Shown here piece by piece: positions 22,212 to 35,104 of a stretch of DNA of 35,678 bases. The notes below the pieces were generated by a model that made no database searches, was not told the DNA's origin, and saw nothing but the letters and a program-made list of their open reading frames with translations. How positions within the stretch are numbered: position 1 is the first letter of the stretch; each line of letters opens with the position of its first letter. This DNA comes from Catajapyx aquilonaris (Eukaryota): contig KZ539052.1 in NCBI GenBank assembly GCA_000934665.2, forward strand, positions 1 to 35,678, given 5' to 3'. Position numbers and translations under genes: made by a program.

Positions 22212-24815
22212 TATAGCCCTTTTGTATGTTACATAATCGTAAAACCTACCAAAATGAATGACATCATATTTGGCATAATTATGTAGTATTTCACTAGCAA
22301 GTTGAAATAAAAGTTACTCCTGTGAATAATATTGTTACATTACTTGAGAAGAGAGAATAGCACGAAATGTACCACCAATACAGTTGCGTACATAGTTGGT
22401 TACTGATAACTTATTCAATGATAATATTGTTATGACTGAAAGCCTGCATGTGCCATGGCTCTTCCAATAAACCATTCAGTTTTATACGTATTTCTTTTTA
22501 TATTGTCAGTGCCTTTTAGCACCTGTTACCTGTAAGCTAAAAGTTGGCGGGGGATGGAAGTCTCCGAATATGAAATATTGTTCCTTGGATTTTTTAAAAG
22601 ACAAAATAGGCTACAGCATAATCTCTCCTAGAGTAACAGACATACATCCTCTAAACCTGATGTCTATACAGTATAGTGACTGAGCGTTTTGGATCAAATC
22701 CAAACATGTATTGTAAGTTCAAACAAATAATAATTGCGTTCTTGATGAGCGCTTTTCTCCTGTTGTGTTTATTATCTGTAAAGTGCAATGGCGATTTTCA
22801 ATCTTCAAGTGATATTCCTGTAAATATGGTTCTATACTTGTAAATATTAATATGAATGTGGGGTGGATGCTCACATTTCGTCCAAGATCTTCCAATACCA
22901 AAAAGTGTATTTTAAATTTAAAAAAAAAACTTCACCAACTTCATTTTACTTTTGCATGCTGCAGGTCACAAAAAGATGCAGATTGCACATCAGGACGAAT
23001 ATTAATGTTCCCAACGACTTCGGCTGGAGGGAGCAATCACTTTGTCTCTCCAAGGTGTTCCGAACATGTCTTGCTAATAGATTCTCAAGTGTCTACGTCT
23101 TTGAGTGACTATCTCCTGGCTGGAGCTCATGATAGTTTGAACTATATGATTATCAGTTATCAACATCCACTTCTATATGAAAATTCCACTCCAATTTCAG
23201 TGTACCCTGGCCATTTCCTCCCCTTTGGCGTTTTCCAGCGGAGTATAGGTTCCAATATGGCGGCTCATTTGACCCTACATACACTACAGCATGTTCCAAT
23301 TCAGAAGCACCCAGTCTTGTTTACAGCTAGGAGTGAATTACAGGGGGGGGGGGGGGNTTCTCTGAGTTTTCCCCATCCTCCCTCTCTGCTGGCAGTGGAA
23401 ATCTCTCCATTTTAGGTTTTGATTGCTTCGATTCGGCGAGCTCCAGCCCCCCCATCCCCTTCCTCCCTCCCTCCCCATCCTCCCTTCCCCCGCCATCCCC
23501 TCCCACCATCCAACCCACCCATCTCGTTGCCAAGTGCTGTCACGAGGGGCCGCGTTGTTTCCTTCTCTGGCCTGACTCCGCCTCATGAATAATTGATCCC
23601 GCCTGCCTTGCCTTGGCTTGGAATAACAATGGCGCCCGCCCCTCTTCTGTCCATTCCAGCAATCAAAGCTACAGACAGCCAGGGATGAGGGGGACAGCTA
23701 CGTAGAAAGGGGGTTCTAATCCTCACCTACCTAACAACACACCTACCCATCCATCCCACAGCTTAAGGTGCTATTTTGCTTAAGTTCACGTCCAGGGAGA
23801 AGAATGCTCCTGGAGGGTAGACTTCCACACAGAACGTGAGGATCTATTCATTACAGTTCTTTACTTCATCAGAGTTCACTTGCTTGCAGTGGTCTTTGGG
23901 AGACCCATTTGGAGACTATAAGGCCACTTTTCTGGTGATATATTGCTTAGGTTGTGTTGTGAGGGAAATGTGGACTTATAAAGTGATTTGACAACAAATT
24001 ATTAGAAGCCACAAGTTAGTGTCTGACAATTATGGGAAGACTTGCAGCAACCCAGTGGAGCCAGTGGAGTGAAGCAGTGCAAAAAGAATCAAGAAAAATA
24101 AGATGACGTAAGAACGTATGATCCTACTTGTATTTGGAGATCATTTTTAGGTCTGTTTGCAATATTGAGACTATTGACTACAGACTATTGACCCATGGTT
24201 TTTGTTGTCGGCAACAGTAAGCATAAGAATACCAAAGATAAAGCCTCCATCCATGGCCTATTCTCAATGATGTGACTGGGCCTCAAAGTGTGATAATCTC
24301 AATTCATTTTACGCAGAACACACTACTCTTGTACAATAAGTAGGCGAATTTACGGCTGTAAATTTTTTGAGTTACCCCCCACTAATATGTTAATTGTGAT
24401 CATAAATATAATTATTTTAAAGCTATGTGTCACTAGCCACTAGGAAAGTGTAGAACTTCTCCGGTTAGTGTTCTAAATCCGTCCATTCTTATTTAGCCTA
24501 TCATGAACTGACATTTTAAAATGCCACTTGTAGGTAGTACGTGTATTTAATAAAACTTAATTGATTACAGTATATCAATGGTGTCGTCTTCTCTATGTGC
24601 ATATACAGTTGTTCATAAAATATATGGAAATACTATTTTCATTAATTAGGCTTATTCTTATGCAACCTATATAAAAACATGATATTTTCAATACTTACTT
24701 TATTTACATCCACAAAATGTGACATTTTGTACATAGACCTGTATCAGAGTGTGTGTCCCCCTAAAGAGTCCATGGGCCTTCGAATTGGGTATAATATTAA
24801 ATATATGGTAATATA

Positions 24816-25412
24816 CAGGGTGTTCCCGAATTCATCTGCCAAAATGATACGAGTGGTAGGGCATTCGTATGGAAGAAGCATGGCATGGGCCCGAAAGGCC
24901 GGCGACGACATTTACGTCGACGATGACTATCCTGACAAGTATGGATACATGCCTACGTACACATACGTACTATCGGGTTCAAATACTTTTGGCCACTTTA
25001 TCCTGGTCTTAAAAGCAGGATGTGAAGCAAGTAAGCAACCCTTCACACATACACACACACACCTCCTTAACGTGGGGCCTGTGCGAAGGGTTGCTTCAAG
25101 ACCAGGATAAAGTGGCCAAAAGTATTTGAACCCGATAGTACAGTACATACGTACTGTACATGCCTGCACTGTTGGTTTCCGGGGTCAGGCGCTCGCACTA
25201 CAGACCATTGCTCAACCTCCTGACTCCGGCAACCAGGAATGCAGGCATGTACGGGGGTATCCATACTTGTCAGGTTAGACATCGTCGATGTCAAAGGTCG
25301 ACATCTCTTAGACGTAGCGTCGCCGGCCTTTCGGGTCCATGCCATACCTTTACAATACGCACCCCCCTACTATACCTATATCATTTTGGCAGACGAATTC
25401 GGGTACACCCTG
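24816..25412. mobile_element. Long-palindrome Tc1/mariner-type MITE, copy B, with a nested MITE
   Basis: TA|CAGGGTGTTCCCGAATTCATCTGCCAAAATGATA...TATCATTTTGGCAGACGAATTCGGGTACACCCTG|TA; same family as 21804-22211. Confidence 0.9.
24970..25138. mobile_element. Nested TA-flanked MITE with a (CA)n core
   Basis: TIR CTATCGGGTTCAAATACTTTTGGCCACTTTATCCTGGTCTT (41 bp, perfect); TA at 24968-24969 and 25139-25140. Confidence 0.92.
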
Positions 25413-26705
25413 TATATAATAATTAATTCGGCTTATTTTGCCTACCTTTCATTATTTCATGCTATGCGTTAGGTGAGTAATGTGTTCAGTAAGTATTCAC
25501 AAAATACTGATACTTTTAAGTTTCAATTGTTTCAATTAACTTAATTATTATCACTACTTTTACATGTTCATTTTGGTTATAGTCATCATAAGTTTAAAGG
25601 CCATCCCATCAATAACCTCTAAACCCTATTTCCTAAAGCATAATTATGTACTGCATGTTAAATAATACAGTATATCATTGCGTGGACAATCTTTTTTGCA
25701 TATCCTGTGACCGCTGTGAATGTCACTTCCTGCAGCACATTCCTCACTATAGACACGTGTAAGAACCTCACAGTGTGTAACAATATTTAAATGACTGCAA
25801 TGCCACATTGAATTAAACAGTACTTCATTATAAAGTTTAATCTACTTTAAGAAAAATTACTGTATTTTACAGAGTGTGAAGACTGTAGCGTATAAAGGTA
25901 GAAATGCAGACAATTCTGAAACATATTATGTATTTAGAATATCCTTTATGTTAATTAGTAATTTAAAAATAATGGTCGTTTAAATATTTTTGTGACGCAA
26001 ATATGACTGTAATATTATAAATCAACCTTACAATATTTCAACGTATACAGGCCCACTGCATTAAATAAGCTTAAAAAATTCCACGAAGTTCAAAAAAATG
26101 ATGTCTTTGCAGCCTCTTCATAATACACGAAAATATTTTAAGCCAAACTCACTGTCAAAAAACCGATACATTACAACCGGTCCCTTTACAAGACACCCAA
26201 CTGGCGAATTGTGCTAAAAAGAACCCTTTTGGTGGCCCTCTTGGTATATAGGTACAAAGTCCTCCTGGCATATGATCCACCTTGCTACTTATTCCCTTCC
26301 CATCAGCAGCAGCCAAGAGAGAGCTAGATCCTTGTGTTGCTTCTGGTGTAGAGTCTTGTAGAGAAGGAGGAGGTGAGGTGGTGTGGTGGTGGTGGGGGAA
26401 TATCGAAAAGGTTTTGCAAGCTAATGATGTGGCCGTGGGGGTTCTCGAGAGCCGGAGAAGGAGAGTGGAAGCCGCAGGAGATGCGCAGAAAGCTTTGGCG
26501 GGGCCCGAGTGATTGGTTGGCCTCTGCTGCCATGCATGCACAAACACCGGCCTATATGCCTTCTCCTCTCCTGGCTGCCACTGCCCATTACCATTTTTTA
26601 CATGCTGGAAACACTCGCACAAAAAAGATCTGCAGTATATCGGTGCAGTCACACACGTTTGCTCTGCTAAATGGCAACACTGAAATAACATCCAGGCGCT
26701 TCCAG

Positions 26706-26772
26706 GCCAATCAGAAGGACTTATCGCCATCTGGAGCCAATCAGGTGACTTTCCGCCATTTGGAGCCAATCA
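26706..26772. promoter_or_regulatory. Triple CCAAT (NF-Y-type) boxes interleaved with CGCCAT motifs, ~30-bp tandem unit
   Basis: GCCAATCA with CCAAT at 26707, 26737 and 26766; CGCCATyTGGA precedes the 2nd and 3rd boxes. Function is inferred only. Confidence 0.4.
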
Positions 26773-26804
26773 TATCTTGCATTAATATTGGCAGCATAGC
26801 AGTA

Positions 26805-27132
26805 CAATCTGTCTCAATAAGTTTTAGCCACTTTATCCTGGTCTTGAAGCAACCCTTCGCACAGGCCCCACGGTGTACCTGTCGTCAATAAGCTGTGGGA
26901 CCGGAAGTTGTTTTTTTTACTGTAACTGTGGGGACTTTCATCTGTGGGGACGTTTACGGTCCCCACAAGAAAATTGCGGGTTTGCTTTTGCAGTAGTAGG
27001 GACTAGTCCCGACTATTTCCTGTTGTAGGGTTTTAGAAAAGTCCATTTTTCTCAGCCTAGGTTAGGTTAGGTTAGGTTTGAAAAGTTATCTTTTTCACGT
27101 CCCCACACCTAATAGGCAGGGAGTGTGTCTTT

Positions 27133-27171
<39 letters not shown>

Positions 27172-27222
27172 GGGTTGCTACAAGACCAGGATAAAGTGGT
27201 CAAAACTTATTGAGACAGATTG
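26805..27222. mobile_element. TA-flanked MITE related to 24970-25138, with an internal insertion
   Basis: ~54-bp TIR CAATCTGTCTCAATAAGTTTT..CCACTTTATCCTGGTCTTG.AGCAACCCTTC; TA at 26803-26804 and 27223-27224; (GT)n at 27135-27169. Confidence 0.92.
26878..27120. mobile_element. Nested element in a (GT)n context with TGTGGGGAC repeats and (TTAGG)n
   Basis: Absent from the sister MITE at 24970-25138; imperfect IR ends CCTG..TGTGGG / CCCCACA..CAGG; TAGGTTAGGTTAGGTTAGGTT at 27058-27078; flanked by GTGT. Confidence 0.65.
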
Positions 27223-30200
27223 TACGTTACAGTACCGGTATACAATAAGGACAGTCCACACCCATGAACTTAAATGTCATTTGCCTAAATGACTCCTTTT
27301 GAACAAATAAAAACAAATAATTGTGGCTCATATACAGTATTATCAACCCACCTTATATGAACATTGCAGGTTAACATTTCCCAGCAGTAATGGAAACACC
27401 GCAACAACAATGCGGCTTGCCCACCAATAGAGGGTCTTCCCGCCACTCATGCTCCCAATCAAAACGCGATGATGAGATTGGCAAAGCCACTACGTGGCCA
27501 GGCAGTGTTGCAACATGGTGCATTACCATAATTATTTTTAAGACGCGCTCCATTTGCAGTCGGCCTATTTAATTACCTCTCACTCCTCGAAATGTGCTCC
27601 GTGAAATAATGAGATAGGCAGGATTGGTGGGGACTTTTCAGGGGGGGGGGGNNNNNNNNNNGGGAGGGGAAAAGCCATTGTCATTACGAGACCGCAAAAT
27701 CGGCCCGACCCGCCGCACCTCATTATGGAGGAACTCATAAACAAAACGGAAGCTGCCCGCTGATACGATGCGCGACTAGTACCTGCTGCTACTCAGTTCA
27801 CTTTTGCAAAATACACTCCAACCAATCCCAAGGTACAGCGCATTTAAATATTGTCACCAGTCAACAGATAGGCGAAAGCTAAAAGTGCCACCGTTGTTGA
27901 CAAACACAACAACATACTGTGGATTTTCGATCAAGAATGACTCTCTTCGCATAAGATTCTCACCCAAAAAAAATCATTCTCCCACGGGAGATATCTCCAT
28001 CAAAAAAGTGCCGTTTCCCCACCTTCTGCAAAAACGACTCTTTCACAACGACCATTCACCTCATCTCCCCCCACCCTCTCCTTTTTTTATTTAAAAAAAA
28101 CCGTGAAAGCAATGGAGATGGATGGATATGGCATGGGAGGGACATCCCGAATATCACCGAGAATGACGGCCCCGTATTATCCTGATGTACTTCTCACTTG
28201 ATCACCAATAATTTGTCCACAAATGCTTCATACCGTCCCCTGGTTGTTTCGAAAGAGGGGATTGGAAGGGGGGGGGGGGNNGTCTTATTCAAACTGGGGA
28301 ACGGGGAGGAGGGGAGGATGAACACTAACCAAGAGGCACTTCGGGGTTAATCCCCTCCGATGCCAGTTATGAGGCCCCTGCTCGCGATCCCATGAGGACG
28401 TCCCGGATGCTCTTTTGTCAGCTGTAATGCTGCATTAGGAAGGGCTGGGTGGTAGGAGGTAGTGGGGAGGATGAGGGGGAATCCGGGGCAACTGTGGCCC
28501 CAGACAGTGACAGCATAGGAGGACACCCCGAATTAGGATTAATAACAACACTGGGGGATTACCGATTGCGTGTAATGGATATCCTTCCCCTATCATGCAG
28601 TCCCATCTGGCTAAATTAAAGACAAGTCGAGTGAGTATTAGTTTGGTTTTGATTGCCAAAAGTCTAGGGGGTGATGATCATTCGAATCCCTCTCGACCAC
28701 CTCACCACCATGTTTCCCCGTCCTCCATGCGTACCCCAACCTCTGACACCAATCCACTTCGGGTATGCTCTGGAGGGAACGCAGAGTGATGTGACATTGT
28801 CGTAATCAGTGTGCACGTAATCAGCGTGGGAACCATTCCACTCATTAATGGGAAATTTGTGCAAAATCAGTGACATCCTTCAATGCTGTCATTTGACTGA
28901 CAGGCACATAATTTGAAACGTGGCTCTAAAACCAACGCGTTTAAGTTATCAGTACCTTTGATGCAAAATAACACCAATGAGCATGTTTCAAATTGCAGTT
29001 TAGCATGTTTTCCAGTGCGCAATAATTCGTAATTACATTTTTATTTTATATTTGGTGACAAGTACTAAGTACTGTTGGACGTTTTACAAGCGGTGCAAAA
29101 GGTCGTATAGGGAAATGAAAATTAGTTTCTATGGAATCCCCCCATAAACTATGCATTTATATTGTATTTATTTATATGTGATTGACATGCGTGAACGTCA
29201 GCTACAAAAGTACGTAAACAGGAGCTTAAGCAATATTGTTTGTTGGCAGTCTGAACGATCAGCAGTGCTGATGCAGGAGGTCCTGCGGTGAAATTAACAC
29301 TGCATGGCCGCTGCGTTGCCCCGGCCGCATTTGGAGCGTTGGCACCATTCAATCATCAATGATAGCGTCGGGATATTTTTTAATTTCCTCATTGGCCGTC
29401 GAACTGTTTGTGCGCTTATCAAACATCCATAGTCTCTCCTTGTGTCCAGAGCATCCACATTGCATGCGGGCATGCTTCAAATATTCCATTTAATTTACGC
29501 TACTTTACATAACAGAAAGCCCCAGCATTGTTTTCGAAAGGGGACGCATCGCCAGGCGATATCAAAATGTAAATAACATTTTTCGGTTGCCTTGCTATCA
29601 ATGTTCCAGCATAATTCAGCTCTTGTGCGTTCCGGGGGTTGCTCGGGTCTAAAATCCCTGTACTGGGACACTGTATACATACACATGTATGTTACATGAG
29701 ATAAAGCACCAGAGTGCAAGCCGTTACCAATTATATACACTAAGACATTAAATCTGATTAAATAATTGTTGAACTGTATGTGTCGCCTGCACAAAGAGCA
29801 GGTCCATCAACAATGTCAGCGCATTGTCTCTTTTTTTATCAGCCTGAAAAGTACCTGAGCGAGATTAGAAAGGGTATGCAGTATGGATGAACGACAAAAG
29901 TGCATAAACCTTTGCTCGCACACCACGATAACTCCCCATCTAAATCGGATCACGGCACCAGCGCTTGTCATAAATGAACATAACTCGGTCGGATGTTTCT
30001 GCGAAGTGCGCTGTTATTACGGACGGTCATGCTCGTTTCAGTGGATGCCTGAAAAAGTCAAGAGATAGGGGAGAGGGGGGGGGGGGTGTTGGCATTTCCA
30101 CACTCTCAACACTTGTCCACGTTTTTCCAAGAAGTCCTGCTGGACGCATATGAGAAAATTTAATTTGGCATGCAAAAGTTATTAGCAGCAGTCACCCTTT

Positions 30201-30589
30201 GTACGGAGCGGTTCGCCTTTTTGACAAGGTAATGAGCCTAACACCTCATTAAAAGTTCAATTGCTACCACATTAACATATGCTCTTCAATTTGGAGCCGC
30301 AAAAGGGACATGTTGACGTGGTTGGTAAATATACACACCGGTTGCATGGCAGAAACCTACTTTGGACCGTTGTTGCATCTTTCTCCACATTCATTATCTT
30401 ACCCCCGCAATGTCCATTAATGGCTACAATGTGTACGTTGCGTGAGAATTACATGTTCTAATTGCTGATATGAAAGTGAGGAGGAGTGCATAATCTCTAT
30501 GGAATAATATTAGACCTGCAATTGTGTTATTAGTCAATTTCATGTTTTTATACATTTATGTTGCGTTTCATTCAAGCTTTCGTTGCTCT

Positions 30590-30648
30590 TCGGGTTATCC
30601 CACGATGCCCCAGTCCCGTGGGTGACGGATAATCGGGGTTCTACTGTA
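30590..30648. mobile_element. Tigger/pogo-like terminal fragment
   Basis: GTTATCC...CGGATAATCGGGGTTCTACTG|TA, i.e. CAGTAGAACCCCGATTATCCG on the minus strand. Confidence 0.55.
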
Positions 30649-31032
30649 GTTCATAAATACTGTAAAGTACATACAGCATGTATAGCAGGGCCATCAAAGG
30701 TCACTATTATCGGACTTTATTATTATCATAGATGAGTTTGTTATCGTATAATCCCTCATCATGCGACTCTCTTGAACTGCTCCCAGTGTTTGTTATGTTG
30801 AAAGAGAATTATTAAAATAGGAAAACCCTCCATCATTACATCAAGGAAATAAGTGAGACCCCTAATGCCAAAACCCGATATTTGAGAAAAATGTTTCTCC
30901 TGTTGAAAAGTACGTGGTAAAAGAGAAGTGACCTTAGTGAATGGCCTAAAAATTCGAAATCAGTCGACACCAAGTGCATTGCCAAGTTTTAGAACAAGGT
31001 TTCCAGAATTTGTCGGAATTTGTCATATTAAA

Positions 31033-31472
31033 CTTGTTCTCCTCCTCAAAAAAAAAATCTTATAGAACGGCTCTGTCTGTCCGTCCGTCCGTCTGTGGAC
31101 AGGTATCGGGACCTAAACCGCAAGAGATAGAGGCAAACGGTTTTCGGATTCTGATTAGGAGCAAGATGGATATACCCACAGTATATTCACATACTGTAGG
31201 ATATCCATCTTGATTAGGAGTGAACAAAACAGGTGTCATTGTCAACTTCCGGTGACCAGCCACTTCCGGTTTTTCGAGTTCAATCTATCCGCACAAGCCT
31301 ATACTTTACGGGCGGGTTATCGTTGGATTTCAAAATTAGTTTCCCTGGATTCCTTACCAAGTGTGTCGGGGATTTACCCATGGTTTTACCTGGCGCTCTG
31401 GAACAGGGGCTGTGTAATTAATTCCTGAAGTTGGACCGGTTTGTGATGCAAGTCCTCGGCCGTTTCATACTT
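31033..31472 (+). mobile_element. Helentron/DINE-1-like non-autonomous element (HINE)
   Basis: (TCTG)(TCCG)n microsatellite near the 5' end (31072-31095), short subterminal IR TAGAACGGC / GCCGTTTCATA, internal ACTTCCGGT repeats and a 3' end ...CATACTTG. The 5' boundary is approximate. Confidence 0.65.
31162..31212. mobile_element. 51-bp micro-MITE with 8-bp TSD (P- or hAT-type)
   Basis: TIR CAAGATGGATAT / ATATCCATCTTG (12 bp perfect, ~22 bp imperfect); TSD ATTAGGAG at 31154-31161 and 31213-31220. Confidence 0.85.
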
Positions 31473-34400
31473 GAAAGAATTATAATAAGTCTACTATAAT
31501 CACGATCACGTGATTTGCCAATCTTGTTTTGCATTTATCATGTTTTGGTGTAATATTTTGCAATTTTTTTAAATAACCTTTTTGCTCATTTTGACATATT
31601 TTCTTTGCATCCTAATAAACACGCATGCATGGACCAACCAATCTCATCACTTTCCATCTACACCACCCTCTGAAATAATTGTTTTATTCATGTGAATTAT
31701 TGTGAAAAACAGCCCACAAGTACATTAAGGCTTCGTTGGCAAGCTTGTTTTACTGAAAATTTGGTAAAACCAGATTTTTAATCCCAAAATAATTCAATTG
31801 TTCACATCACTTTATTTCAGCGCTCTGATATACATTGTTCGTGCTTTTAAAAATTGGGCATGTCGGGTTCTGGCTCATTAGAGGGGATGGCGGGTTTTGG
31901 AGTGATTAATTTTGAAGATTTGTCTAGAAATGTCTGGTGTTGGTAGAATACTCAGTAGGCTACTTCCTATGCTTGTTTTAAGACACTTCCGATCGTGTTT
32001 TTTGGAATTACAAGTTGGTGGAATGATGATCCGTATATTGTAATGAATCCATTGCAAATGTGAACCAAAAAAGCATTGGTTTCTTGGGTTCAATTGTTAA
32101 AATTAATAAGCCTAAGTGCATCGCAAATATAAACACAACATAGTACAAGGAATTATTTTGCATTGACACAATAAAAGTTCTAGTTGTCATAATATCTTCT
32201 GCAAAAATGAAAAGCAACATTTTTCTGCAGACTTCTATAATTTTGATGTTATGTTGCTGAAATTGCGATTTTATCATTTTCCCACTTTTACATGGTATCT
32301 AACATGCTAAAGGTTTGTTGTTGGGAAGGCACATACGTAATATTATAGTGAAAACTTGATGTTTGCATTCAAGTTAAATATTCTCAAATATTCTTTATTG
32401 GTTGCCTGCACTAAGAATTAATCTCATGGTGTTTTAAATTATATCCATAATGCATGCAAGCAACATAAAATATACCACCAGATTGTCAAATTGACGAAAA
32501 TGATGGGATTATCACTGCAGAGCATGTCTTCCCCCCATAACAAATAACACACAAACTATTGAACAATTTCGAAATGCGCTGTGGCAATACACGTGAGGCA
32601 AAAATGGACTTACAGTTACAACTTTGAACATTAAAATCCTCCGGATTTCATAATTCATTAGGAAAATGAGTTCCTTTCCGTTTGACTAGGACAACAGAGT
32701 AAGAAATGCAATAATCATATTATTGCTTGGGACGGCGCGCGGCGCGGAGGTATCAAACCTTGAACATGTCTTTTCTCCCAAAAAAATTTCATGATTGAAA
32801 TGTTGACAAAATATTATCTAGTATGTCAAGTTGTTAAAAAATGACTATAATATATGGATGTGGATGCCCCCCCCCCTCCTCCAATTTGTGAGTCAACGTA
32901 GCATATGAGTATATAGACAGCTATTCTGCATTCACTCTCTAGGCTCTTAATCCTCACACGCACTGAGAATAACCGTCCTCTTCTGGATGAAAGCATCCTT
33001 GATGTAGTACACGCTATTTAAACGGTATCAACTCCTTATTTATATTCAGTTAAGGGTCTTACACACCGTCCCCCTCCCTAGTCACGGACCGATCTCCATA
33101 ATTTTCCTGGGAGTCATTCCATCTGTACTAGTGCCCTTTTTCGACAGTGAAAACCAGCCTCCCTTTTCCCCTCAGTTTAAATCCCATGAGATACACACAC
33201 AGGAGGGTGGGAGGGTGGGAGGGAATAGAAAGGTCCACCTCTCTCCCTCTCCCCACGTGTAGCATTTGCAGGTATCCCCCACACCGTATTCCAAATACCC
33301 CTCTGCACGCGAAGTCCCCTTTCCCACTTCATTTGTGTAATTAACATCGCATCATTATTGCCAGCTTTTTTTTTTTCTTTCTCCTCCCCAACAAGTCTAA
33401 TCACCCAGCACATGAGGAAACAGGTCCGGACAAGTTTCCACGAGGGGAGGCCTCTCGAGAGGCATCTGGCGGGAAACAGCGGGAATGATTATTCCCTGCC
33501 TACCTCTTTCTATGGCTTCATGACATCACGATGCATTGCAGGTAAAAGGGTTGGGATGAAACAGTAGAGGGGGGATGAGGGTGTGTGGAACAGGNGGGGG
33601 GAGTTTTCCAGGTCAGATGGGAAACCTGCTATTTAAATAATTTCATATAAACAACATCAACCTTGCCTGTAGTATAGGTAAAGATTCCACTATGCCAGTC
33701 TCTTTATATTCTGTCATAACAAGTACCAAACGGCTTTGTTACTCTGTACGTACAGTAACAGCTCTAGCAGTTGTCGCAGTTGCTGCAGCAGGGCCATTAG
33801 CAGGTGTCACAGTGGAACCACAATACCGGAACGGTCAGCAGCTGGAAGCAACATTTTTTTTGTCGTTTCCGTCCTGGAAAGTCTCTAGTGCCATCTACTA
33901 TTTTAACTAAAATATTCATAAGTATCTGTTACACAATACACCACAATCTGCTGCTTCTGGGTTTACTTTGTTAGTAACAATAAACAATGTTGAAAGTAAC
34001 ATACGCCTACATTTTGCAATAATCCCTTCGCATGGCTTCGCATGAAAGAAAATAATACATGTAACTAAAAACTCCAACCGTGCTCCAGTTGTACGTTACC
34101 TCCACGTGGAAGTATGGAGAAAAGGTTAATGAATGAATACTTATTCACCAGGCCAGCTGACGGCTCCATTTGTGGTCAACTGCTCTAAAAAAAAAATCCA
34201 ACGTCCTTTTTTGGTCCCAATTCCCCTTCGCAGTTGTGTATTGCGTCACACGGACACCGCCATAGTCATACTGGCAACCGGACAGTCCTTAAGGTAGAAA
34301 AAAAATCCTCGTATTTATTGGCCCGTTTAAAAGGTGAACACTCCCCAGTCCTCTCACCGTGCATCCATAATTGGTGTCCAATTTCACATCAAATAGAAAA

Positions 34401-35104
34401 GATGGCAGCACTCTAGCAGGAAATCAGCGTCAAAAGCCCGCCATATAACCCGTTGTATTTGGGCCTTATTTAAATCTATCAGGAAGCAGTGCATCACTTG
34501 GGCCAGGAATTTGAGCTGCTTTTCGCCGACACAAACCCAATTATCGGAAGCTGCAAAGGGGGGCGGGGATTTTAAATTTGCATACGTCTCTGTCACTACT
34601 AATATGATATAGCCGATTGATTCCCGGCCTGGCATTTAGCTGGAATTTCATCTTCCATCCCTTATCATTCTAATTCAATTGTTTTGGATACGGATGGGTT
34701 AATTATTCTGGGGGACTCTGACGTCGTCTCGTTGACGAGAAGATAGCTGCGGTGGTACCCCCCCCCTCTCCTGTCCCCATACCTTTTGGGCTGTGACAAG
34801 CCTCTACCTAAAGCCACACAAATTGTAGGATATACAGACGTCAATTTGCAAAAGCTGGTGGATGGGATGGGTTGGGAGAGATGGGGGAGCATGTTTGATT
34901 TAATTTCGACGCTCTACCTAGTTTGCTAGGATATAGCTTGGTAACAGCATGATACTGCCCGGTGCGGTCCTGAGAAAGGGAACATCACAATTGGAGAAAC
35001 ATTCCATTTAAAAAATCATGTTTCAAAAAACTATAAAATCCTCATTATAAATCTTAGACTCAGACGATAGGACATTACAAAATGATAGGGATTTCTCCTC
35101 AGCC

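Noticed and set aside
22852..23415. 187-aa ORF
   Set aside because: No recognisable domain, composition typical of non-coding DNA, and it runs through a poly-G with an N.
26155..26769. 204-aa ORF as a host gene
   Set aside because: It begins inside a CCAAT tandem repeat, overlaps similarly long antisense ORFs in GC-rich DNA and has no recognisable family. Kept only as context for a finding.
27641..27670. Poly-G tract with N run (also Ns at 7564, 23357, 28280, 33595)
   Set aside because: The Ns fall in G homopolymers, so these are assembly uncertainties and the tract lengths are unreliable.
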